From: Pseudomonadota bacterium
GTDB lineage: Bacteria; UBA10199; 2-02-FULL-44-16; JBDRGF01
DNA length: 11,870 nucleotides
Reading direction: 5' to 3'
Assembly: GCA_043818055.1 (NCBI GenBank)
Contig: JBDRGF010000019.1
Coordinates: forward strand, 1 to 11,870
Within the stretch, counting starts at the first letter, position 1, and each line of letters begins with the position of its first letter. The notes under the pieces are model-generated. The model saw only the letters and a program-made list of their open reading frames with translations. It was not told where the DNA came from and ran no database searches. This document shows positions 1 to 7,316 of this stretch, in pieces. Both the position numbers and the translations under genes were made by a program.

Positions 1-88
1 CATGAGGTTTATTAGTCAATTTTGACGCTATCATTATATAAAGGGGTTTGTTTTTACCCGATGTAATCTTTATGTAAATTCTAACCTA

Positions 89-117
89 TTGATATATAAG
101 TGAAAAAGTGATATGTT
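89..117 (+). promoter_or_regulatory. Putative sigma70-type promoter for the surface protein gene
   Basis: TTGATA (89-94), 17-bp spacer, TATGTT (112-117) preceded by TGn (extended -10); about 50 nt upstream of ATG 167. Confidence 0.45.
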
Positions 118-166
118 TCGATGAAGAAACTTGGCCTCGAAAATGCGTATGAACGGGCGGGGGCAC

Positions 167-1561
167 ATGAAAAAGATAAAAGCCATAATTGTTTTAGTTA
201 TAATTCTTTTGAGTAATATTGCCTTTGCTCAGGTTTTAGAATCATTTGAAAAACCTCAACTCTATACAGAGCCAACTGTTCAGCTGCCACGTTCGATTCC
301 AATGCAAGAAAAAGATTTATTCACGATCCCAAATACAAATGTTGAAATTGATTTGAATCAGATATGCGTAGATGCAAAAAATCCAATTTATATTACGAAG
401 GCACAGAATGTTATTGATGCATTCAACAATTACACAAAATATCTTGAAGCAGGTGGAAAGTATTATGAGCTGTGTTTTGTGATGGAAAATGCTCTGGGAG
501 ATCAGATGTTCATTGAGAAGTCTATTGAAATGAAAATCCCCAATCACGTGAGCATTCCTATGATTATTTCCGGCCTTGTCTTTGATCAACCAAACACAGG
601 AATGAAAATCGATCACGATGGTTATTTGATAGTTCATAATTTCGAGGTGAAGAATCAAACTAGAGGAATAGAACTGACATGCAGAGATGCCGGTTGTTTG
701 CTAGTAAATTCAAATTTATCAGGGATTACAAGTGGCGATATAAGCAAGCCAGGTTTTTGTATCAAAACCACAAAAGACAGCCGCAACGTCATCATAAAAA
801 AGTCAACAATCATCTCCTGCGATATCGGTATTGATGCAGAAGGTGAGAATATTCTGGTTGAGAAGAGCAGTATCACAAAAAACAAGATGTATGGTATCCG
901 GGCTGATTCAAGTGTAAAAGATCTTTCGCTATCGAATATGGTATCTCTTTCTGATAACGGTGATGGAATAAAAGCCCTTGATGCTTTTATGCTTGAAGAG
1001 GGGGCTAACTCGAATATTGGCCTTATTAAAACTTTAGCCGATAAAGAGACGTTTGTTGTACCGGAGAGCACGCTGAACGATACGACCGCAAGATATGTGG
1101 AGTTTTACAAGCCCAAAACGGAAAAGAATCTTCAACCGATCGAATTTATATACCGCTACGAGCTCAAACCGACCGAACTCATCAAAAAAAAAGATTCTAT
1201 AACTGTCACTGATCCTCGCATTCAGGGTCAATATGCTATGGCTGTCTTAAAGACGGCAGACGGCAGCACCATTTCACCCGAGGCATTGCTGATAAAAGAT
1301 CGTGTCATCGTTCTAGTTGGCGGTTCTACGACGATCGATAGTCCCTCTGGATTTCAGTCCGGAGGCGAAAATGTTGGAGGTGGGGGAGATGAATTGTCAG
1401 GTGGTGCTTTTGGTGATGGATCGGGGGGTGGATTTGCAGCTGCTGGAAAAACAAGTTGTTCACTTTCGAAGGGAAATGATGAAGCAAATGGAGTCGTATA
1501 TATAATGATGTTTTTCTTATCTGGTTTGCTCTTCTTCCGAAGGGTTCATTTAGGGAGGTGA
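167..1561 (+). CDS. Secreted/surface-anchored protein with probable right-handed beta-helix region and Cys-containing C-terminal sorting signal (MYXO-CTERM/GlyGly-CTERM-like), 464 aa
   Basis: ATG 167 follows a G-rich RBS-like tract and gives a typical signal peptide (MKKIKAIIVLVIILLSNIAFA|Q). Repeating beta-helix-like motifs (RGIEL, NVIIKKSTI, IGIDAEGENILVEKSSITKNKMYGI). C-terminus is a Gly-rich linker, TSCSL, a hydrophobic helix (GVVYIMMFFLSGLLFF) and RR. The ORF track start at TTG 131 is less likely. Confidence 0.75.
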   Translation: MKKIKAIIVLVIILLSNIAFAQVLESFEKPQLYTEPTVQLPRSIPMQEKDLFTIPNTNVEIDLNQICVDAKNPIYITKAQNVIDAFNNYTKYLEAGGKYYELCFVMENALGDQMFIEKSIEMKIPNHVSIPMIISGLVFDQPNTGMKIDHDGYLIVHNFEVKNQTRGIELTCRDAGCLLVNSNLSGITSGDISKPGFCIKTTKDSRNVIIKKSTIISCDIGIDAEGENILVEKSSITKNKMYGIRADSSVKDLSLSNMVSLSDNGDGIKALDAFMLEEGANSNIGLIKTLADKETFVVPESTLNDTTARYVEFYKPKTEKNLQPIEFIYRYELKPTELIKKKDSITVTDPRIQGQYAMAVLKTADGSTISPEALLIKDRVIVLVGGSTTIDSPSGFQSGGENVGGGGDELSGGAFGDGSGGGFAAAGKTSCSLSKGNDEANGVVYIMMFFLSGLLFFRRVHLGR

Positions 1562-1566
1562 TATCG

Positions 1567-1758
1567 ATGTTGACGCAAATTGAAATACATACACTGGAAC
1601 ATCTGGTTCACGAGAAAAATGAGTCTGAAACTAGTGGTGTCGAGATGTCATCCAAAAGAAAAAAACACCTGAAAAAACTGCTTAAAAAAGCAACGCCCGA
1701 ACAACTCGAAAATATATATTCAGACACAGCCGACTGGGCGTGCTCGTCATCTGAATGA
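1567..1758 (+). CDS. Small hypothetical protein, 63 aa
   Basis: Strong SD GGAGGTG (1554-1560) overlaps the upstream stop codon and lies 6 nt before ATG 1567 (alternative GTG 1558). It fills the gap between two long genes and overlaps the convergent kinase gene by 12 nt. Confidence 0.55.
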   Translation: MLTQIEIHTLEHLVHEKNESETSGVEMSSKRKKHLKKLLKKATPEQLENIYSDTADWACSSSE

Positions 1759-4700
1759 CTGCCTTTTATTTGCCGGAGAGCCCTTATACTTTTTATATTT
1801 AAGCAACAATCCATGAAACTCGGTTTTTAATGCCGGTATTTCTTTAGCAATTTTCCCACATTTATCCAGCAGGTTATCAATTTCGACTATCGAGGCGTGC
1901 TGTTTGATTTTTACTTCGACCTCAGTTCCATAAATGCTGAAGAGCACGATCGGCTTGGTCTCGCCCTGTGATTTGGCCTCAGCCTTTGCCATATTGATAT
2001 ATCTATGCGCCTCTTCGGTTTGATTCAGCTTAATATAAACATCTGCCAGCGTCAGAAAAATCTTATGTTTATAACTTCTCAGCAATCCTGCTTCTTTGCC
2101 ACGATTTCCATCGATGTAGTACAACGCCGTCTTGCAGTAATCTAAAGCTTCCTGATACTTTTTGGCCAGGATGAGTGTGCCTGCCAAAGAGACCATGCCC
2201 TCGACTATGAGTGTCATGCTGCCTATCTGGCAAGAAATTTCATAGCTCATCTTTTGATAATCGATAGCCTCTTCAAAATGTCGGTTGTAGCTGTGAAACG
2301 CTGCGAATCCGCTGTATAATCTTACTAACAAATCAGGAAGGTTGTATTTATTCGCGAGCTGTATTCCTTTTTGATAATAATTTAAAGCCCTTTGCTTTGC
2401 CCCTTTGTAATTCAACGAATAGAGATCTCTGTAGGAATGAGCCAAAAACATGAGTGATGTGACTTCTCCGTGAATATCATTTTTGGATTTGAAGCTTTGG
2501 CGTTCGCGTTTTAATACTTTGATCGCCGAGATGTAACAACGGATTTTGTCTTCACTTCGGGAAGCGAGGTAAAAAAGAGCCTGTCCAAGTTTAGTCTCCT
2601 GCTCAAGCGCATGTCTTTGGGAAGAGGGAAGGGTTTTTGCGACAAAAAGCAATTGTCTCATCGATTCAACCGCAGATAAAAATTTTCCGTCCAAAATACT
2701 CAAATACGACAGCAAAGCGTGATAGCGAAGGAAGATGAATAGCGGGGCAACGTTTTTTGCTGTAATCTTTTGTTCATGTAGCTTTTTGATCTTACCTGTT
2801 AAATATCGCTCATAGCTTTTGAGGATCGGATAGTCTGAGATTAGCACTGCTATTTGTTTCTTTGTTATCGTGTGCGCAGAGTGGCTCTTTCGTTTTTTTG
2901 CATTTAGCCAGGCGAGTTGGAGATTTATCAACGCGTTTCCGACGGGTGCAATTTTCATCCGGCTCGTTTTCGTCAACGCATTTATTGCTTTAGGATACTG
3001 GTTCATGTGTGCGTATTCATTGCTGAGTGAAATCACGAGTTCCAGTTTTTCATTCGTATTCTTTTCAGACAACAATGGAACGAGCCTTTCAATATATTCT
3101 ATTGCTTCGTGTGACTGGGATTGCGACAGCGCGTGAGCGATCAATCTTCTTAGCGAATCGATTCGCCGGGATTTGGAGCTGTCCCTTGCCAGATGGTAGT
3201 CGATTATCTCCTGCTTTGCCTTTTTATGTCGGTAGAACCCCGCTATTTTCTTGTGAATAGCATGCGAGTCCTTTTCCGAAATGCCGGAGGCGATGACTCG
3301 TAATATGGCAGTGTTTGCAAAGAAAGGCTTGTTGGCATGTTCACACGAAAACAACTCAGAGGAGCGAAGTTCATCAGAAATATTTTTTATATGAGGATGA
3401 ATATTCAACCATGAAGGTGATGTTTTGTTGTCGTTCTTTTTTCCGTTCCATTTCAGGAAAGCGTTAATATCAGAGAGTCCGATCTCATCTCCAAAACAGG
3501 CCATTAATTTAGCAACACTCTGCGCTTCAGTCGAAAGTGCGGATAAATGTGAGTTGATATGATTTAACAAGGATTTGGGCGGTGTAATGTGCTCGAAATC
3601 AAATCCGATATCGGTCAGCAAATCGATGCTCGGCCTTCTGTCCGCTCCAAAGAGTTTTCCCGATTTTATGGCTTCCTGAAAGAGGTCACGCATAACCCGC
3701 GGATTTCCGCCTGTTAATCTTTGTAATTTCGTAACATATTCCTCATTCGGATGCGATCCAAAGATGTATTCCAAAAACTCGCTCGTGTCGGAATCTGAAA
3801 ATGGCGGCAGTGTTATTAAAGTCACACAATCATTTGTGAGTCTGAGTCTTTCCCTGATGTGTTTTATATCGGAGTGCTGTGGATCAACGGTGAACAGCAT
3901 CACGGATCTCGCCTGGTTTTGTTTTAAATTTTTCTGTTTATGCTGGCTCTTAAGGTTTGCAATAAAGTTTTCAAGTGCATTTATTAGGCCGTTTTTGCTT
4001 TCTTGAGATGACTTTCGAAATACAAGATCTATGTCGTCTATGAGGAGCGCACTTGAATGTTTGCAACTGATATTAGCAACTTCTTTGGAAGAGGTGAGGG
4101 CATGATAATCAAAAAAATGAGTTGTAAAATCGTTTCGCTGCAAAAAAGATTTGATTTTGTTCAGGAGAATCGTTTTACCCATTCCGTGAGCGGCAGATAT
4201 GCAGATAATGGGTTTTGTCGTTTTCACCCCTTGCGCGACATTCTGAATTATAGATTCGATCCTGTTATGAATCTTGTCCCTGCCAATATACTTTGGAATA
4301 TATGAATAATAAGTATCCTGCGATGGAGGGTTAATAAGTGAAGCCCGAATAGTCAAAGCCTCCAGGGCCTCGATCGGGGTCTGATACCGCTCATCCGGAT
4401 GGAACCTGATCATCCTCATTATGACGTCATCGAGATAAGGTGGTATGTTAGGATTAAATGCCGACGGTTTTTGGATCTCGAGAATTTTTGCAGTTTTGAG
4501 CTCTGGATTAGATCTCAGATTGCAGGCCATTGTTTCATATCGTGTCAGTCCGGTAAAAGGGTTTTTCTTTGTCAGGGCTTTGTAAAAGGTGAGACCAAGG
4601 GAATAAATGTCGCTGCGATGGTCAGGCTCAGGCAGCGAAATAGCCGGAATGACTTTTTTATATCGGGAGAGAAGATTCGGCTTGGATTTGAACATCTTAA

Positions 4701-5310
4701 CGATCATCTCCGGCGACATGTAATGAGCAGTTCCGCCAATAGCTGAAGTCCCCATTATTGTAGCAAGGCCAAAGTCGATCAGTTTGACAAACAACTCTTT
4801 TTCTTTTTTGACGATCAATAAATTCTTGGGCTTGATATCGAGATGCAGCAAACCGTGATTGTTTAAATACGCCAAAGCGCGCAAGGATTCCAAAAGAAGC
4901 GTTTCAATTTCGTGTATCGAAAGATCAACTGAAACATCCAGCAAATCACCGTATGGCAGGAATTCCATCGTGAAATAGTAGATATTCCGGTTCCTCGCCG
5001 ATGAGCGGATATGGCCGAAATCATAAATTTTAGGAATATTTGGATGGGAGAGCCTGCAAGCCACATCGAATTCATGTTTGAATTTCCTCTCAAACGACTT
5101 GATGGAAGCTTCATCATTTTTTAATGTTGGAATTTTCAATACTTTGAGAGCAACCTCTCTGTTATCAGCGTCTCTGGCAAGATAGATGATCCCCTGTCCA
5201 CCCTTGGCAATCTCTTTGACAATGGTGTATCTGTCATTCACCCTTTGTCGGGCATTGATCAGCTTCTCAAAGGTCTTTTCCTCAAATGATTTTGCCGGCA
5301 CTTTTAACAA
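1747..5310 (-). CDS. Hanks-type Ser/Thr protein kinase fused to a STAND/AAA_16-like P-loop ATPase and C-terminal TPR-like helical repeats, 1187 aa
   Basis: Kinase motifs IAKGGQGIIY, VALKVL, HLDIKPKN, DFG, GTAHYMSPE, SDIYSLG; Walker A-like SAAHGMGKT; Walker B-like LLIDDID; STAND-type TGGNP; TPR-like helices (ALNYYQKGIQLA, EEAIDYQKMSYEI, QEALDYCKTAL, EEAHRYINMAK). SD GGAGG just upstream of the TTG start; GTG three codons later is an alternative start. Confidence 0.9.
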   Translation of the reverse strand: MLKVPAKSFEEKTFEKLINARQRVNDRYTIVKEIAKGGQGIIYLARDADNREVALKVLKIPTLKNDEASIKSFERKFKHEFDVACRLSHPNIPKIYDFGHIRSSARNRNIYYFTMEFLPYGDLLDVSVDLSIHEIETLLLESLRALAYLNNHGLLHLDIKPKNLLIVKKEKELFVKLIDFGLATIMGTSAIGGTAHYMSPEMIVKMFKSKPNLLSRYKKVIPAISLPEPDHRSDIYSLGLTFYKALTKKNPFTGLTRYETMACNLRSNPELKTAKILEIQKPSAFNPNIPPYLDDVIMRMIRFHPDERYQTPIEALEALTIRASLINPPSQDTYYSYIPKYIGRDKIHNRIESIIQNVAQGVKTTKPIICISAAHGMGKTILLNKIKSFLQRNDFTTHFFDYHALTSSKEVANISCKHSSALLIDDIDLVFRKSSQESKNGLINALENFIANLKSQHKQKNLKQNQARSVMLFTVDPQHSDIKHIRERLRLTNDCVTLITLPPFSDSDTSEFLEYIFGSHPNEEYVTKLQRLTGGNPRVMRDLFQEAIKSGKLFGADRRPSIDLLTDIGFDFEHITPPKSLLNHINSHLSALSTEAQSVAKLMACFGDEIGLSDINAFLKWNGKKNDNKTSPSWLNIHPHIKNISDELRSSELFSCEHANKPFFANTAILRVIASGISEKDSHAIHKKIAGFYRHKKAKQEIIDYHLARDSSKSRRIDSLRRLIAHALSQSQSHEAIEYIERLVPLLSEKNTNEKLELVISLSNEYAHMNQYPKAINALTKTSRMKIAPVGNALINLQLAWLNAKKRKSHSAHTITKKQIAVLISDYPILKSYERYLTGKIKKLHEQKITAKNVAPLFIFLRYHALLSYLSILDGKFLSAVESMRQLLFVAKTLPSSQRHALEQETKLGQALFYLASRSEDKIRCYISAIKVLKRERQSFKSKNDIHGEVTSLMFLAHSYRDLYSLNYKGAKQRALNYYQKGIQLANKYNLPDLLVRLYSGFAAFHSYNRHFEEAIDYQKMSYEISCQIGSMTLIVEGMVSLAGTLILAKKYQEALDYCKTALYYIDGNRGKEAGLLRSYKHKIFLTLADVYIKLNQTEEAHRYINMAKAEAKSQGETKPIVLFSIYGTEVEVKIKQHASIVEIDNLLDKCGKIAKEIPALKTEFHGLLLKYKKYKGSPANKRQSFR

Positions 5311-5333
5311 ACGACCTCCCCAAGAGAAAACAA

Positions 5334-5361
5334 ATTATACATGAATTTCCCCAAAGAGCAA
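5334..5361 (-). promoter_or_regulatory. Putative sigma70 promoter of the kinase-ATPase-TPR gene
   Basis: On the minus strand TTGCTC (5361-5356), 16-bp spacer, perfect TATAAT (5339-5334), followed by SD GGAGG and the start at 5310. Confidence 0.6.
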
Positions 5362-5380
5362 CGATCCAACTAAAGTAGAT

Positions 5381-5505
5381 TCCACACCCGGTGAACTTTG
5401 TACGCTTCCCCCCCCGGGGGGGGGGGGGGGCAGGGAAAAAGGCGCATGTAGCATGTATCATATAGTCCCACACCCGGTGTGGGCTTTTGACTCACCGGGT
5501 GTGGA
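5381..5505. repeat. REP/MITE-like palindromic cluster with 14-bp terminal inverted repeats
   Basis: TCCACACCCGGTGA (5381-5394) and its exact reverse complement TCACCGGGTGTGGA (5492-5505) enclose a C8G15 tract (5408-5430) and the palindrome CCCACACC-C-GGTGTGGG (5467-5483). Confidence 0.7.
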
Positions 5506-5756
5506 TCCTTGTGGTTGGGGCCGATGAATTACATTTCGCTTTTCCTATCAGCCTAATGAAGCCGTGAGCAGGTGAATAGGCAGTAGGGGTTTAGGTGGAT
5601 AGGCAAGGAACATCTGTTCAAACTGCTCAAGATGCATTTCGCTTTTCCTAACAGCCTAAATACCTACAGCCTATCAGCCTATTATATATTCCATTTGCTT
5701 TCAAGGGCTTACGGGTATAAGTATTTAGAAAATTTAATCAGGGATTGAGCAGGGGG
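5442..5756 (+). repeat. Mosaic direct repeat copy A (upstream of yhcG)
   Basis: Blocks shared in the same order with 6939-7274: GCGCATGTAGCATGT, GTCCCACACCCGGTGTGGGCTTT, GGTGTGGRTCYTTGTGGT, GATGAATT..GCTTTTCCT..CCTAA, AGCCTA-type short repeats, and a 68-bp block (5689-5756) matching 7207-7274 at 64/68 positions. Confidence 0.85.
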
Positions 5757-5769
5757 AGGGGGTGAGATT

Positions 5770-6921
5770 ATGAAGAAACAAGTAAAGATTGTTAAATCAA
5801 AAGAAATTATCGATGTGTCTTTGTTTAAAGAAATTAGGGAATTAATTATTACAGCGCGGAAAACCGTTGCCAGAAATGTTAATACAATTCAGGTGATAAC
5901 TAGCTTTGAAATTGGTCGGCGCATTGTGGAGCATGAGCAGAAAGGTTTGAAGCGCGCGGAATATGGAGAGGCTTTAATCAAAACATTGGCAAATAAGCTG
6001 ATGATGCAATTTGGCAATGGTTTTTCCCAAACAAATCTTAAACTGATGCGGCAATTCTATCTCATATATAAGGAACGTACTGGTCAGACAATGTCTGGCC
6101 TATCGCTTCAGTTTCCAATAAGTCAGACAGTGTCTGACCAATCCGAGCTGATGATGAAATCTGAAATAATGCCTCGAAAATTTACGCTCAGCTGGTCACA
6201 TTACGTGTTTTTGATGGGAATCAATGATGACCAGGAAAGAAATTTTTACGAAATTGAGTCTTACGAGCAAAACTGGTCGTTGCGGGAACTCAAGAGACAA
6301 TTTAATTCCAGCCTGTATGAGCGGTTGGCACTGAGCCGTGATAAAAAGGATATAAAAGAATTATCCAAAAAAGGACACACCGTTGAGAAACCACATGATC
6401 TGCTGAAAGAACCATACGTTCTCGAATTTCTGGGGATCGATGAAAAGACAAAATATTCTGAATCCGATATAGAGACTGCAATTATCGACAAGCTTGAACA
6501 TTTTCTTTTGGAGTTGGGTAAAGGGTTTTTATTTGAGGCGCGTCAAAAGAGATTTACATTTGATGAAGATCACTTTTTTGTCGATCTGGTTTTTTATAAC
6601 CGACTGCTTGGATGTTACGTCCTGATAGATCTGAAAATCGGCAAATTGACACATCAGGATCTTGGTCAGATGCAGATGTACGTCAATTATTTTGACCGTT
6701 ATGTAAAAACAAAAGATGAATCTCCGACCATCGGCATCATTCTTTGTCGCAAGAAACATGATGCCCTGGTGGAAATTACACTTCCAAAAAAAGCAAACAT
6801 TCACGCAAAAGAGTATCGTCTATATCTGCCGTCAAAGGAGGAGTTGAAACGCAAACTCCTGGATTGGACAAGAGGGCAGGATGTTAGCAGTACGTCATCG
6901 CAGACAACAAAAGAAAGCTAA
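5770..6921 (+). CDS. yhcG: YhcG/DUF1016 family PD-(D/E)XK nuclease-domain protein, 383 aa
   Basis: Family motifs FEIGRRIVEHEQKGLKRAEYG, GFSQTNLKLMRQFY, LSWSHY, WSLRELKRQFNSSLYERL, KEPYVLEFLG, FLLELGKGFLFEARQKR, FVDLVFYNRLL, IDLKIGKLTHQDLGQMQMYVNY, PTIGIILC, YRLYLPSKEEL; G-rich RBS upstream. Confidence 0.95.
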   Translation: MKKQVKIVKSKEIIDVSLFKEIRELIITARKTVARNVNTIQVITSFEIGRRIVEHEQKGLKRAEYGEALIKTLANKLMMQFGNGFSQTNLKLMRQFYLIYKERTGQTMSGLSLQFPISQTVSDQSELMMKSEIMPRKFTLSWSHYVFLMGINDDQERNFYEIESYEQNWSLRELKRQFNSSLYERLALSRDKKDIKELSKKGHTVEKPHDLLKEPYVLEFLGIDEKTKYSESDIETAIIDKLEHFLLELGKGFLFEARQKRFTFDEDHFFVDLVFYNRLLGCYVLIDLKIGKLTHQDLGQMQMYVNYFDRYVKTKDESPTIGIILCRKKHDALVEITLPKKANIHAKEYRLYLPSKEELKRKLLDWTRGQDVSSTSSQTTKES

Positions 6922-6938
6922 CCCTCAAAAAACCAAAA

Positions 6939-7274
6939 GCGCATGTAGCATGTGGTCCCACACCCGGTGTGGGCTTTGTACGCTCCCCCTTACTAAGGGG
7001 GAGTTGGAGGGGGTGGTGTGGGTCTTTGTGGTGGGGTAAGTTGGAGGTGGTGGTTGTGAGGAGCATTCCTCCCTTTGATAAGGCATGCCCCGCCGCATGG
7101 CTTGGGGGGAGGCCAGGAGGGGTCGATGGAGCGCGGCCTATTCAGATGAATTGGTTTTAGCTTTTCCTGTCATCCTAAAAGCCTACAGCCTAAATAACCT
7201 TATTATTTCCATTTGCTTTCACGGTCTTACGGGTATAAGTATTTGGAAAATTTATTCAGGGATTGAGCAGGGGG
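6939..7274 (+). repeat. Mosaic direct repeat copy B (downstream of yhcG, upstream of hsdM)
   Basis: Same ordered blocks as copy A, with additional inserted palindromic units CTCCCCCTTACTAAGGGGGAG (6983-7003) and CCTCCCTTTGATAAGG...GGGGAGG (7068-7112). Confidence 0.85.
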
Positions 7275-7281
7275 GGGATAA

Positions 7282-7316
7282 TAAGTAGTAAGTTATAAGT
7301 GGTAAGTATTAAGTCT
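7282..7316 (+). repeat. Five tandem heptamers TAAGTnn
   Basis: TAAGTAG TAAGTTA TAAGTGG TAAGTAT TAAGTCT, followed by a small GC hairpin CGCGC-GGCAA-GCGCG (7317-7331). Confidence 0.8.

Noticed and set aside
131..166. ORF-track N-terminal extension from TTG 131
   Set aside because: ATG 167 has an RBS-like tract and yields a canonical signal peptide; the extension overlaps putative promoter elements.
1184..1192. A9 run in the surface protein gene as a phase-variation tract
   Set aside because: The frame is intact and Lys-codon A-runs are common in this AT-rich sequence; no evidence of slippage.
317..5117. Short alternative-frame and antisense ORFs within the surface protein and kinase genes
   Set aside because: They overlap long motif-bearing genes and show no recognisable domains.
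6884..7288. ORFs 6884-7066 (-), 6969-7160 (+), 7085-7288 (+), and likewise 5282-5473 (-)
   Set aside because: They are translations of palindromic, G-rich repeat DNA with biased composition and no convincing RBS.
5381..7316. CRISPR array or classical integron attC sites
   Set aside because: Repeats are not regularly spaced with unique spacers, no cas or intI gene is present, and I did not find paired RYYYAAC/GTTRRRY cores bounding the hairpins.
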